DNA from: Mobula hypostoma
Taxonomy: Eukaryota
DNA length: 64,000 bases
Direction of reading: 5' to 3'
Assembly (NCBI RefSeq): GCF_963921235.1
Contig: NC_086097.1
Location: forward strand, 66,528,001 to 66,592,000
Within the stretch, counting starts at the first letter, position 1. Each line of letters opens with the position of its first letter. Below, one piece after another: positions 25,401-39,124 of the stretch. The notes beneath the pieces are model-generated. The model did not search any database. It saw only the letters and a list, made by a program, of their open reading frames with translations, and was not told the origin of the DNA. The translations under genes were made by a program, and so were the position numbers.

Positions 25401-28400
25401 TTGGATCTTACAGAGAGGAGAAATTCCACCTTCCTGGAGCAAGGCGATTATCTCAGTTATTCTTGAAGTGGGTAAAGATAAACTAGAATGTGGTAATTAC
25501 CAGCCAATCAGTGGACTACAAATTATTTACATCTATATTAGCTCGTAGACTGGAAAAGCTTCTACCTGGCCTCATCCACTTAGACCAGACTGGATTCAAT
25601 CAGCAAAGACAAACTCAGGACAACACAAGGAGAACTTTACACCTACCAGAACAGGTCATTAAGAATGGGACAGAGACAATGGTAGTGGGATTAGACGCTG
25701 AGAAAGCTTTTGATTCAGTTAGTTGGGTATTCCTATACAGAGTGTTAGGAAGATTTGGCTTTCAAGAAAAGGTTCCACACGGTAGGCTTATTCAGAAAGT
25801 CAAAAGGCATGGGATCCAGGGAAGTTTGGCCAGGTGGATTCAGAATTGGCTTGCCTGCAGAAAGCAGAGGGTCGTGGTGGAGGGAGTACATTCGGATTGG
25901 AGGGTTGTGACTAGTGGTGTCCCACAAGGATTGGTTCTGGGACCTCTACTTTTCATGATTTTTTTTTTAAACGACCTGGATGTGGGGGTAGAAGGGTGGG
26001 TTGGCAAGTTTGCAGATGACACAAAGGTTGGTGGTGTTGTGAATAGTGTAGAGGATTGTCAAAGATTGCAGAGAGACATTGATAGGATGCAGGAGTGGGC
26101 TGAGAAGTGGCAGATGGAGTTCAACCCTGAGAAGTGTGAGGTGGTACACTTTGGAAGGACGAACTCCAAGGCAGAGTACAAAGTAAATGGCAGGATACTT
26201 GGTAGTGTGGAGGAGCAGAGGGATCTGGGGGTACATGTCCACAGATCCCTGAAAGTTGCCTCACAGGTAGATAGGGTAGTTAAGAAAGCTTATGGGGTGT
26301 TAGCTTTCATAAGTCGAGGGATAGAGTTTAAGAGTCGCGAGGTAATTATGCAGCTCTATAAAACACTGGTTAGGCCACATTTGGAGTACTGTGTCCAGTT
26401 CTGGTAGCCTCACTATAGGAAGGATGTGGAAGCATTGGAAAGGGTACAGAGGAGATCTACCAGGAGGCTGCCTGGTTTAGAGAGTATGCATTATGATCAG
26501 AGATTAAGGGAGCTAGGGCTTTACTCTTTGGAGAGGAGGATGATGAGAGGAGACATGACAGAGGTATACAAGATATTAAGAGGAATAGATAGAGTGGATA
26601 GCCAGAACCTCTTCCCCAGGGCACCACTGCTCAATACAAGAGGACATGGCTTTAAGGTAAGGGGTGGGAATTTCAAGAGGGATATTAGAGGAAGGTTTTT
26701 TACTCAGAGAGTGGTTGGTGCGTGGAATGCACTGCCTGAGTCAGTAGTGGATGCAGATAGACTAGTGAAATTTAAGAGACTACTGGACAGGTATATGGAG
26801 GAATTTAATGTTGGGGGGTTATATGGGAGGCAGGGTTTGAGGGTCGGCAAAACATTGTGGGCCAAAGGGCCTGTACTGTGCTGTACTATTCTATGTTAAA
26901 AGTTTATTAAAGTAATCCAGACTTTATATGACAGCTCTATAGCTTGAATTAAGATAAATGGGGACCTCTGTGACTCTTTATTTTAGGGAGAGGAACTAGA
27001 CAGGGATGCCCAATTCCTCCTCTCCTATTGCACTATAAATTGAACCTCTTGCCCAGCTAATAAGAAATTGTAAAAGGCATCAGGGTGGCAGGGATTGAAC
27101 AGAAGATGATGCTATTCACAGATGACGTTTTAGTCTATTTGAGTGAACCAGAAAAATCATTTATAGGATTGTTTACACTGTTGGATGAGTTCGGGAAAAT
27201 ATCAGGCTATAAAATTAATGTAAAGAAAACGCAGGTTTTGTCCTTAAATTATACAGCATCCAAAAACTGCAGGATACATATGATCTTAAGTGGGAAGCTA
27301 AATCATTAAAATATTTAGGAATAACCTTGACAAAAGATCTTTCAACATTGTCACAGGTAAATTATGGGCCATTAATTTCAGAGATAAAAGCAGGTATACA
27401 TAAGTGGAATCTTATCCCTTTTTAAGTTTAAATTCAAGGATAAATACCATAAAAATGAATATTCTCCCTTGGTTACTTCACCTTTTCCAGACTTTACCTG
27501 TGGAGGTGGATGATAATCAACTTAGGGAATGGGACAAATGGATTTCCTGCTTTATCTGGCAAAGAAAGAAACCTAGAATCCGATTTAACACCTTACAGTT
27601 AGGAAAGGAAGGAGGAGATATGGCACTTCCTTGTTGAGAAATTATTTTTATGCCTCACAGATAACCCCTCTGTTATACTGGTGCAATAGGGAATATAAGG
27701 CTAGATGGATGGAAATAGAATTTGGACTGATTGACAGTTTTCCTCTACAGGCCTCAATAGTGGACAAAGGATTGATGGCCCAATTGGAAAAGATTAAAAA
27801 CAGCTGGATAAGTCTCACATTAAAAGTATGGCAGAAGGTGGCTAATTCATGTGGAATCAATAACATGTTAAAATTTTTCAGATGGTGTGCTTATGATACC
27901 GAATTTCTTCCCAGCAGAGGAGATAAAAGATTTGAACTGTGGATAAAGAAAGGTCTTACAACCTACCTCTCATTCACACATCAAAGTGTATTACAAAGTT
28001 TTCAATCCCTGCAGGACAAACATGGCCTAGAACACAATGACCTTTTTTTTTTTAGGTACCTTCAAGTACGACGTCATGTTAACCAGAGCTGCAGATATAC
28101 AGACTTATCAATAGTAGGATTAGAATTTTTCAAGATTCTGAGTTCGGCTTATTGTTCAATACCAAGTAAATCAATTTCTCGATTATATAATGCCCTCTCT
28201 CATGCCAAAAATGAAAACACATTGTATTTTAAAGAGTAGTGGGAGAAAGCAGGGTTGGTACTTTCGGAGGAGGCTTGGGGGAAAATATGCTGCTTCCAGT
28301 GGTCTTCGACTAACTCTTTGATTTGGAGAGAACATTGCTGGAAAAATATTAAGATACTTCAAGACCCCATACCAGGAAAAATATGAAGACACAAATGTGG

Positions 28401-29143
28401 TGTCTTGGAGAAGGTGTGGCTCCAAGGAGGCAAATCATTTCCATATTTTTTGGGTTTGCCCTAAATTAAGTTTATATTGGAAAGGTATTCGCAGAACATT
28501 AGTTAAGGTATTTAAGACTCAGATACCTCTGAACTTTGAGACTCTCTACTTGGGGCATGTATTGTTTTTGGAACAGAAGAAAGATATAAAGCTGCTGCAG
28601 GCCCTTTTAGCGGCAAGTAAGAAATCAATCACCAGAAAGTGGTTAAATCCAACATCACCTACATAAGAAGATTGGCATGAAATCATTTTGAAAATATTTA
28701 AAATGGAAAAGATGACCTACTCTGAGAATTCAGAAGGAAAAATTTTATCAAATTTGGAATAAATGGATTGAATTTATAACCCCAGAGCGAGCAGACTTTA
28801 GATGACTCTCCTAATGGTTTATACTGTTTGTCTCACCAACGTAGTAATAGTGTTAACATAAGCACCCTTGGCTTGAATGTATTTGAATATTTTTATAACA
28901 ACTATTATTATTTAGTAGAGTAGAATTACAATTGCACATAAACACCTATTTGAGTGCCTAATTATTTTCTATATTATCTCAATGTGCACTTGTGAATGTA
29001 CAAATCAATATCACATAAAAAATGGAAAAGGTTATATATGTTTAAGAATAGATAGATAGATAGATATACTTTATTAATCCCGAGGGGAAAAAAAGTTTGT
29101 ATTACTTGTGAATACCTTATCCAAATAAAAATAAAATTTAAAA
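22449..29143 (+). mobile_element. Full-length, decayed L1-clade LINE (ORF1 and ORF2)
   Basis: ORF1 RICGVPEGAE..IERAHR..PRWILVRFL; APE endonuclease from about 23913; RT GLDAEKAFD; C-terminal RCG..HIFWVC; A-rich tail; imperfect TSD gaaaa(t/g)aatggg. Confidence 0.88.
25772..26897 (+). mobile_element. CR1 3' fragment nested in the L1 RT
   Basis: [19 protein letters not shown] aaaag; the L1 frame GFQEKFIKVI is restored when it is removed. Confidence 0.9.
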
Positions 29144-29255
29144 GAAAAGAATGGGACATATCACAAACAGCTTTGTCCTTTGACAAAGAAATATGCTGCT
29201 TCGGTGATTACTTATAGATATGTTCCAGGTCTTGGTTAATAATATGTTTTGGGTA

Positions 29256-31040
29256 AATTGGTTCATTATTGTCATATATACCGAGGTATAATAAAAAGTT
29301 TAGTTTTGCATACCACCTATAAAAAATTTCATTACAATAATGCATTGAGGTAGTTAGAGGTGCAACACAGAATAAGCCCTTCGAGCCGTACCACCCAGCA
29401 ATCCCTGATATAGCCAATTTCCAATGACCAATTACCTATTAAACTGTACATCTTTGGACTATGGGAGGAAACCGGATGGCCGAGAGAAAACCCACACATT
29501 CCACAGGGAGGAAGTATAGACTCTTTACAGATGACATCGAAATTGAAGTCCAAACTCCGATGCCCTGAGCTGTAATAGCGTCACACTAACCGCTACGCCA
29601 CTGTAGCGCACATGGTAATACAAAGAAAGACGACAGAATGTGGAAACATGTGTTACAAGTACAGAGAAAGTGCAGTGGAGGCAGACAATAAGATGCAAGG
29701 CCAAAATAATCGTGAGATCAGAAATCCATCCTTTTGTATTAGGTACTGTTCAACAGCCTTATAACAGCAGTGTAGAAGCTCTCCTTGAGGTGGTACATAC
29801 TTTCAGGCTTTTATACCTTCTGCCCATTGGGATGGGGGAAAAGAGAGAATGTCTGGAGTGAGGATGGTCTTTGATGATGTTGGCTGCCTTACTGAGGCAC
29901 CATGAAGTGTAGACAAGTGTGCATGGAGGGGAGGCTGGTTTCTGCGATATGCTGAGCAGTGTGCACAACTCTAAGGTTTCTTGCAATCTCGGGCATAGCA
30001 GTTGCCATACCAAACTGCTAGTCGTCCAGATAAATGCTTTCTAAAGTGCATTGATAAAATTGGTAAGGTGTTGACAAGTACATGTTAAATTGCTTTAGCC
30101 TCCTGAAGTCGTCGAGGTATTAGGGAGCTTTCTTGGCCGAGGCATCTTTGTAGTTGTACTGGAACAGGCAATAGGTGATATTCATCTTAGGAACTTAAGT
30201 TTTCAACCCTCTCAATCTCAGCACCATTGATATAAACAGGAGCATGTGCACCGCACTGCTCTTCCTGAAGCCAATGACCAGCTCTTTTGTTTACCTGACA
30301 TTCAGGGAAAGGCCACATCACTAGACTCTTATCTCCTTTCTGTAGTCCAATACATTGTATTTGAGATTTGGACCACTGTGGTTGTGTCATCTGCAAACTT
30401 TAAAGGGAGTTAGAATGGAATCTGGCTAGAGTCATAAGTGTATAGGTAATAGAGTTGGAGGCTGAGGAGAGCACCTTGTGGGGCAACAGTGTTGCAGGTG
30501 ATTGTGGCAGAGGTGATCCTGCCTATCCTTAAAGATTGCAGTCTGTTGGTCAGGAAGTCAAGGATCCAGTTGCAAATGGAGGTGCTAAGTACCAAATCTG
30601 AGTTTGGAGACGATTTTTTCTTGGAATTATAGTATCGAAGACAGAGCTGTGGTCAATTAACAAATAGTCCAACTTGTATGCTTTGGAGATGTAGGGCCGG
30701 AGGAATCTGACATGGACCTGTTTCAGCTGTAAGCAAATTCCAGTGGACTAAGATTGTCTGAGAAGCTGAAGATAATATGTGCCATGACCAGCCTCTCACA
30801 GCTCTTCTTGTTGGTGAATATCACAGCATTGGGTAGTAGTTATTTGGGCATGTTACATTATTTTTCTTAGGTACTGGGATAATAGTGGTTTTCTTAAATT
30901 AGGTGGTAACCTCAGATTGAAGTAAGAGAACTTAAAAATATCTGCATTTACCTCCACAATCTGATCTGTGTAGGATCCAACAACATGACTGGCTACACCA
31001 TCCAGGCCAGGTGTTTTCTGTGGGTTCACTCTCTGTGAGG
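29256..31040 (-). mobile_element. Rex1/Babar-like LINE, decayed
   Basis: [16 protein letters not shown] and AANIIKDHPH peptides on the - strand. Confidence 0.75.
29355..29605 (-). mobile_element. tRNA-derived V-SINE (HE1-like)
   Basis: A-box-like gtggcgtagcggttag; V-domain gtgggttttctctcgg..ccggtttcctccca..tccaaaga; CR1-like tail. Confidence 0.75.
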
Positions 31041-31137
31041 AAGCACTAGATAGAATTAACCCAGCTGCGCTAACTAGAAGGATTTCCAGCAATACAATGT
31101 AACAACTTTTAATTATCTCAACAAAATTACTTTTCAG

Positions 31138-31363
31138 GCTCATAACCACTACACTAAGGCAATCGATCTGCAACCTAGAGACGAGTCTGCTTTGCTGAAT
31201 CGAGCAATTTGCTGTGTTATGCTTAGGCATGTCAAAGAGGCACTGGAGGACTTTGAACAAGCTATTAACCTTAGTCCTTACTCAGCTCACATATACTTTA
31301 ACAGAGCAAACCTATATGCCACACTAAAGCAGTACCAGGAAGCTGAGAAAGATTATTCACAAG
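31138..31363 (+). CDS. TTC6: Tetratricopeptide repeat protein 6, penultimate coding exon
   Basis: ttttcag acceptor and AAG|gtaag donor; AHNHYTKAIDLQPRDESALLNRAICCVMLR..YFNRANLYATLKQYQEAEKDYSQ matches the TTC6 C-terminal TPRs. Confidence 0.9.
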
Positions 31364-32202
31364 GTAAGATAAAGCATGTGCATTCTTTATGTATATTTTG
31401 TAGTGTAATAAGTGCAGTGAGAGCCAATGAAAAACTCTAGTAAATTTTCCTTGCATAACTATAATCAGTTAAAAAGCTGAATTATACTGTGTCATGTGTG
31501 TCACTGCTGAAGAGTCTCAGCCCAAAACGTCGAGTGTACTCTTTTCCATAGATACTGTCTGGCCTGCTGAGTTCCTCCAGCATTTTGTGTGTGATCTTAA
31601 TATAGAATCTCATTTGTGTAATCCAGTACCAAATATATGGTTCAATTAATTCTTGAGAACTGCTGTGCCATGTTTTGAAATTTCTTCCATCAACTCAAAG
31701 TGTGCACAAAATTATGAAATTCAAAAATTATGTTTACTATCAAAGAAAAGCAGAATAGGTCATTAGCTTAATTTATGTTACAAATTTGTTTGAGCTTAAA
31801 AAAGCAATTCTTTTGGCTAATCCCAAATAAAACAAAAACAAATCAATATTACAGTCCTCAAAATTATTTAGGCAGCATTATGACAACTTAATGTCAGATA
31901 ATATTATACTGCAATACAAAATAGATCAAACTCCAGCCCTTCGTAAAGCCCAATTCACAGAATGAAATATACAACTATAATTTTCACATCACATGTAGGA
32001 ATATGTAGAACAATAAAATAAAACATTGAGGGAAATCCTTTTTAGTGTTGTTTGGAATATACTTACTGAGCATTTTCTGAATGCAAGTGCATATTTCTGT
32101 TACTTTTCTGTTTTTTTTAATATGGATGGTTCACTAGATTCCTACATTGTTATTTTCCTTTATTTTAAAGTGCTAACTTTTACCAGTACATTGCAAGAAT
32201 AT

Positions 32203-32902
32203 TGTGGCGAGCATTTGGTCCATAATGACACACGAGGAAACTCGTTGAACTCAACAAGCGTTTTATTGTGATAAACACAAAATAAATCGGGCACCATGAC
32301 CTGGAGAGTGAACCCCCCCCCCCCCCAGTCGCATACAGACAGGGGAGGTCACCATCCCCCCCCCCAGTCGCATACAGACGGGGGAGGTGACCATCCCCAC
32401 CCCCCACCCCGCCTTCCAGTCGCATACAGACAGGGGAGGTGACCATCCCCACCCCCCACCCCAGTGGCATACAGACAGGGGAGGTGACCATCCCCAACCC
32501 CCACCCGCCCCCTCCAGTCGCATACAGACAGGGGAGGTGACCATCCCCAACCCCCACCCGCCCCCTCCAGTCGCATACAGGCAGGGGAGGTGACCATCCC
32601 CACCCCCCACCCCCCCTCCAGTCGCACACAGACAGGGGAGGTGACCATCCCCAACCCCCACTCACCCCCTCCAGTCGCATACAGACAGGGGAGGTGACCA
32701 TCACATACTCTGGTTACAGTTACGGTGACCCACAAATACACAAGTGAATAACTGTATAACCCAAGCTAGCATATGACAATAAATGAACTAGAACTTCCCA
32801 CCAGAATCCCACAAAAGCATTTTAACACAAGAAAAATAAATAGTACTGGTTATAGAAATGCAGGGGCGGGCTGTCAACTATGCCCCCCCCCAGAGCGTCA
32901 CA
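32203..32902 (-). mobile_element. Solo LTR-like element containing a minisatellite
   Basis: TGTGGCG..CGTCACA termini; 4-bp TSD atat; AATAAA on the - strand near 32262. Confidence 0.65.
32312..32702. repeat. C/G-rich minisatellite, 40-60-bp unit, about 7 copies
   Basis: Core ccagtcgcatacagacaggggaggtgaccatcccc separated by variable C-runs. Confidence 0.92.
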
Positions 32903-33057
32903 ATATTAAATCATATTTCCATTCTTAGAAATACTCCTAAAATAATTCAAATTAAAATAATAATGAAGACAAATCTTTTCAACTTTAATTATTCACACAA
33001 TGATTGCTAACATTGTATTGATTATATTTTAACATGCTTTTAATCATACTTTTGCAG

Positions 33058-33185
33058 CACTACAACTAAAACCAGGTGATGCTCTATTTTACAAACTCCG
33101 TGCGGATGTTCGAGGCCATTTGGGTTTGATTGATCATGCTATTACTGATTACAAAATAGCTATAGGCATCCAAGAAGATAGGTAA
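33058..33185 (+). CDS. TTC6: TTC6 last coding exon
   Basis: tttgcag acceptor in compatible phase 1; (A)LQLKPGDALFYKLRADVRGHLGLIDHAITDYKIAIGIQEDR*. Confidence 0.9.
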
Positions 33186-33251
33186 ACAGGATATCTATTG
33201 TTTTATGATTAGTACAAAGATGCTTTATATTAAGGAGTTACAAAAACACTG

Positions 33252-33257
33252 AATAAA
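33252..33257 (+). promoter_or_regulatory. Candidate TTC6 polyadenylation signal
   Basis: AATAAA 67 nt after the stop codon. Confidence 0.5.
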
Positions 33258-34268
33258 AGTGAACAAAATTTTTAACAGATTTCTTTTGGAAGTGTACAAA
33301 TGCTTTAGTTCTGATGACATAAATGAAATTAACATCATATAAGGCAACATCTGCTCGTAAGTATTTCACAGCAATGTTTGAAATTATGGTAATTGTTAGA
33401 TTACATAATGTACATCCTATTGTTAAAAAACGTAAATGTAAAATAATTTAATTTCGTCATGTGGTTTCATTTTCTCACTCAGATAGATATTCCTTGAATT
33501 GTTAAACTGCTTATTTTCTTCCTTGATATGAACATAAATTGTGACCAATAAAAAAATTAATGAGTTTTGTGATGATGTAAGATGTAAGAAGTTCTCAAAA
33601 TTAAAAAACATTATGAAAATAAAGCTTCAATATTGAAGTTGACCTCTATTTGTTGAATATTCTTTTTGGTGTGTTCCTATATAAAATTTTGATAATATTT
33701 TGTTATTAACTCCATATCAAAAGACACGATGAACAATATTGGCCATTTTGATACAGCTGTACTACTCATTGGGGATCTATCAGAATGTTAACTCAGTTTT
33801 GTTTGGAACTAACAGTTTCTGAAGGTGTTTTTGTTCATTTTCATTATACTCTGAAGTTTGCCTTATCTATTTCATAGATTAACTTTACTCTTGCTTTAAA
33901 ATTGACTTACTTCTATTACTTGTTTCTGAACTCTATGATCTTAAACTGTAACTGAAATATACATCATCTATTTAGACCCATGGCCTCAACCTTTCTTTGC
34001 ACACACAATTATAAAAGAAAATCATACACTTTTCTCAGAAGCCATTATGGATCCAAATTTCATAACTCTGCTTCCTTTAGTACCCTTATCCCATTTGTAA
34101 TTCTCTTTTCTAAAATCCCTATTTTATTTAATACTTGAAATATTTCTGAAAAGTTATATGATTGCACAATTGAATAGGGATCTACAGCATATTGTTAGCA
34201 GTACTGTTACATTAAATCTATTGTACTGTGGCACTCACAAATACATAATTTTCTGTGTAGAAAATGTG

Positions 34269-35865
34269 CAGTGCCGATAAAAAGTATTCACCCCTTGAAG
34301 TTTTCATGTTTTATTGTTTCACAATATTGAATCACAGTGGATTTGATTTGGCTTTTTTGACACTGATCAACAGAAAAATACTTTTGTGTCAAAGTGAAAA
34401 CAGATCTGTACGAAGTGATCTAAATTAATTACAAATATAAAATACAAAATAATTGATTGCATAAGTATTCACATCCCTTAATATGACACACCAAATCATC
34501 ACTGGTGCAGCCCATTGGTCTTAGAAGACACATAATTAGTTAAATAGAGATCTGTTTTAGGAGACCTTTGTGCATTTAAGGTGTTTGAATTGATTGTAGT
34601 AAAAATACACCTGTATCTGGAAGGTCCAACTGCTAGTGACTCAGTATCCCAGTAGAAACTACACCATAAAGACAAAAGAACGCACCGAGCAACTCAATGA
34701 ACATGTTACTGAAAAGCACAAGCCAAGAGATAGATACAAGAAAATTTCCAAGTCACTGAATATTCGTTGGAGTACAGTTAAGTCAATCATCAAGAAATGG
34801 AAAGAACATAGCACAGCTGGAAATTTGCCTACAGCAGGCCGTCCTCAAAATGAGTGATCATGCAAGGAGGGACTACTGCCAAGAGACCTATGACATCTCT
34901 GAAAGAGTTTACAAGCTTCAGTGGCTGAGATGGGAGAGACTGCACATACTACAACTGTTGCCCATGTGCTTCACCAGTCGCAGCTTTATACAAGAGTGGC
35001 AAATAAAAAGCCACTATTGAAAATAACTCACATTGAAATCTCACCTAGAGTTTACCAGAAGGCATGTGGGAGACTCTGAAGTCAGCTGGAAGAAGGTTTT
35101 ATGGCTTGATGAAACCAAAATTGAGTTTTTGGCCATCAGACTAAACAGTATGTTTGGCATCAGCCAAACACCACACATCATCCAAAACACACTATCCCTA
35201 CCGTGAAGCATGGTGGTGCTGCATCATGCTGTGGGGATGCTTCACTGCAACAGGCCCTGGAAGGCTTGTGAAGGTAAAGGGTAAAATGAATGCAGTAAGA
35301 TACAGGGAAATCCTGGAACAAAACCCGATGCAGTCTGCAAGAGAACTGCGACTCAGGAGAAAATTTGTTTTCCAGCAAGAAAATGACCCCAGGCATAAGG
35401 CCAAAGCTACAGAGAAATGGCTAAAAAACAACTATCACACTGGAGTGGCCAAGTCAGAGTCCAGACCTCAATCCAATTGTGAATTTGTGGCTGGACTTGA
35501 AAAGGTCTGCTTACTCGTGATCCCCATGCAATCTGGCAGAGCTTCAGCAGCTTTGTTAAGAAGAATGGGGAAAAATTGTAGTGTCTAGATGTGCAAACCT
35601 GGTAGAGACCTATCCATACAGACTCAAGGCTTTAATTGCAGCCAAAGATGCATCTACTAAATACTGACTTGAAGGAGGTGAATACTTATGCAAACAATTA
35701 TTTTGTGTTTTATAATTGTAATTAATTTAGATCACTTTGTAGAGATCTGTTGCCACTTTGACACAAACGTATTTTTCTATTGATCAGCATCAAAAAAGCC
35801 AAATTAATTCCACCGTGATTCAATGTTGTAAAACAATAAAACATGAAAACTTCAAGGGAGTGAAA
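34269..35865 (+). mobile_element. Tc1-family DNA transposon, decayed
   Basis: CAGTG start; about 200-bp inverted repeats; DETKIE, IMLWGCF, FQQENDPRH and SPDLNPI motifs. Confidence 0.9.
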
Positions 35866-36649
35866 ATCGTGTATTCATGAATGTCAAGGTACAATAGGTT
35901 TAATGTTACAGAGCTCCTGAACCAAAGGGGATAACTTCACTGGATCCATCACTGAACTGTTCCCACAACCTATGGACTCACTTTCAAGGACTCCTCATCT
36001 CATGTTCTCAATATTTATTGCTTATTTACTTGTTATTTCATTTTTTCTTTATTCTTGTATTTGCAATTTGTTGTCATTTGCACATTGGCTGTTTGTCCTT
36101 CCTGTTGGGTGCCATCTTTCATTGATTCTATTGTGTTTCTTGTATTTACTGTGAACGCCTGCAAAAAATGAATCTCAGGGTTGTATATGATTATACAAGT
36201 ACTTTGACAATAAATTTACTGTGAACTTTGATATTTGGGTCTCAGTAATCAACAGTAATTGTGGTGATTGTGTGTACTGAATGCGTGAAAATAACCGATG
36301 ACTCCACAATTCCAGTCCATGATAATCTGGGAGGCAAAGGACATAATGGAGTTATTCTGTAATATTTTACCAAAAAAATGGGCCATCAGTAATTTTCTGA
36401 AAATAATGAACAATGGGTTATGAGCTTCACACCTTGTAGGAAAAGCCCTGGACTTCTTAAACAACTGAATCAGAGAATAAAAGCTCTACTATGATCTTGA
36501 AAAAAAATCATTAAACACCTTGATCTGAAATCAAAATACCAGTTCATAGATAAAAATTTCTATGTCTAAAATAAAGCCAGTGTTTTTTTCCAGAACATTC
36601 CAAACCACAACCAGTATATTTAAGTTCAAAGTATGAAAGATTAATAAGC

Positions 36650-36755
36650 TAACTCATTTGGAGCTCAGTGTACTGATTGCAGAATGATTTGTACATAAAT
36701 GAGGACCTAACAGTTTATGAACACAATTACAACACAGGAAAACTCAAGCAGACAG
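36650..36755 (-). pseudogene. PKDREJ-like pseudogene: last TM and C-tail fragment
   Basis: VVIVFINC*VLIYVQIILQSVH*APNE resembles recalled PKDREJ MICVLINLFQAVIL..QPVYEEPSDE. Confidence 0.5.
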
Positions 36756-37755
36756 CCTCGATGCTGCCTTTTGCAGCTGGATCCTGGACTTCCTGTCGCA
36801 TCGCCAGCAGGCTCCCTCACCTCCAACCCTCTGACTCTCAATAGTACACAGCCCTGAGGGGCTCCTGTAAGTCCCCTCCTTTACTCCCTGTATACCCATG
36901 ACCGTAATGCCACCCACAGCTCTAATCTGCTAATTAAATTTGCCAATGACACTACATTGATTGGCCTTATCTCAAACAATAATGAGCTGGCCAACAGGGA
37001 AGAAGTCATCTCTCTGACACAGCGGTGTTAAGAAAGCAACCTCTCCCTCAATGTCGCAAAAACAAAGGAGCTGTTTGTGGATTACAGGAGGAATGGAGAT
37101 GGGCTAACTCCTATTGACGTCAATGGATCTGGGGCTGAGAGGCTAAACAGCTTTAAGTTCCTCGGCATCCACATCACCAAGGACCTCACTTGATCTGTAC
37201 GCACCAGCTATGTGCTGAAAAAAGCACAACAGCGCCTCTTTCACCTCAAACAGTTGAAGAAGTTTGGTATGGGCCCCCAAATCCTAAGAACTTTCTACAG
37301 GGGCACAATTGAGAGCATCTTGACTGGCTACATCACTGCCTGGTATGGGAACTGTACTTCCTTTAATCACAGAACTCTGCAGAAAGTGGCGCGGGCAGCC
37401 CAGCACATCTGTAGTTGTGAACTTCTCATGATTCAGGACGTTTACAAGGACAGGTGTGTAAAAAGGGCCCATAGGATCATTGAGGACCCAAGTCACCCCA
37501 ATCACCATCTATTACAGCTGCTACCATCCAGGGAGCAATACTGCAGCATAAAAGCCAGGACCAACAGGCTTCGGGACAGCTTCTTCAACCAGGCCGCCAG
37601 ATTGATTAATTCACGCTGATTTGAGTGTACTGTATATTACAGTGATTGTTCTATTATAAATTAATATGTTGCACATGGCACATTTAGATGGAGATGTAAC
37701 AAAGATTTTTACTCATGTATAGAAGGATGTAAGAAATAAAGTGAATTCAATTCAA
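36755..37755 (+). mobile_element. Rex1/Babar-like LINE 3' fragment
   Basis: ORF 37212-37619 KKAQQRLFHL..FYRGTIESILTG; (attca)n tail. Confidence 0.85.
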
Positions 37756-37844
37756 TGATGAAACTGACTAATAAGTATCAAGCAACACACATCAAAGTTG
37801 CTGGTGAACGCAGCAGGCCAGGCAGCATCTCTAGGAAGAGGTAC

Positions 37845-37880
37845 AGTCGACGTTTCAGGCAGAGACCCTTCATCAGGACT
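37845..37880 (-). ncRNA. Minimal hammerhead ribozyme, intact core
   Basis: AGTC-CTGATGA-AGGGTCTCTGCCT-GAAAC-GTC-GACT. Confidence 0.82.
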
Positions 37881-39088
37881 AACTGAAGGAAGAGTTAGTA
37901 AGAGATATTAAAGTGGGAGGGGGAGGGGGAGATCCAAAATGATAGAAGACAGGAGGGGGAGGGATGGAGCCGAGAGCTGGACAGTTGATTGGGAAAAGGG
38001 ATATGAGAGGATCATGGGACAGGAGGCCCAGGGAGAAGGAAAAGGGGGAGGGGGGGAAACCCAGAGGATGGGCAAGGGGTATAGTGAGAGGGACAGAGGG
38101 AGAAAAAGGAGAGTGAGAGAAAGAATGTGTGTATAAAAATAAATAACGGATGGGGTACGAGGGCGAGGTGGGGCATTAGCGGAAGTTAGAGAAGTCAATG
38201 TTCATGCCATCAGGTTGGAGGCTACCCAGACGGAATATAAGGTGTTGTTCCCCCAACCTGAGTGTGGCTTCATCTTTACAGTAGAGGAGGCCGTGGATAG
38301 ACATGTCAGAATGGGAATGGGATGTGGAATTGAAATGTGTGGCCACTGGGAGATCCTGCTTTCTCTGGTGGACAGAGCGTAGGTGTTCAGCAAAATGGTC
38401 TCCCAGTCTGCGTCGGGTCTCGCCAATATATAGAAGGCCACATTGGGAGCACCGGATGCAGTATATCACCTCAGCTGACTCACAGGTGAAGTGTCGCCTC
38501 ACCTGGAAGGACTGTCTAAGGCCCTGAATGGTGGTAAGGGAGGAAGTGTAAGGGCATGTGTAGCACTTGCAGAAAGCAGAGAGAGGGGAAGGGAAAGATG
38601 TGCTTAGTGGTGGGATCCCATTGGAGTGGCCACACATTTTAATTCCACATCCCATTTAGTGCGTCCGGTGCTGACATGTCTATCCACGGCCTCCTCTACT
38701 GTAAAGATGAAGCCACACTCAGGTTGGGGGAACAACACCTTATATTCCGTCTGGGTAGCCTCCAACTTGATGGCATGAACTTTGACTTCTCTAACTTCCG
38801 CTAATGACCCACCTCCCCCTTGTACCCCATCCGTTATTTATTTTTATACACACATTCTTTCTCTCACTCTTTTTCTCCTTCTGCCCTCTGACTATACCCC
38901 TTGTCCATCCAATGGGTTTCCCCCCTCCCCCTTTTCCTTCTCCCTGTCCCATGATCCTCTCGTATCCCCTTTGCCAATCACCTGTCCAGCTCTTGGCTCC
39001 ATCCCTCCCCCTCCTGTCTTCTCCTATCATTTTGGATCTCCCCCTCCCCCTCCCCCTCTCAAATCTCTTACTAACTCTTCCTTCAGTT

Positions 39089-39124
39089 AGTCCTGACGAA
39101 GGGTCTCGGCCTGAAACATCAACT
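39089..39124 (+). ncRNA. Hammerhead ribozyme, decayed
   Basis: CTGACGA..GAAAC-ATC-AACT with two CpG-type changes. Confidence 0.65.

Noticed and set aside
1..31137. Further upstream TTC6 exons
   Set aside because: I could not find a TPR-coding segment with splice sites by eye. A short exon could have been missed.
32180..32741. Gly-rich repetitive ORFs or a CRISPR-like array
   Set aside because: These are translations of a minisatellite. The spacers are C-runs, there are no cas genes and the context is eukaryotic.
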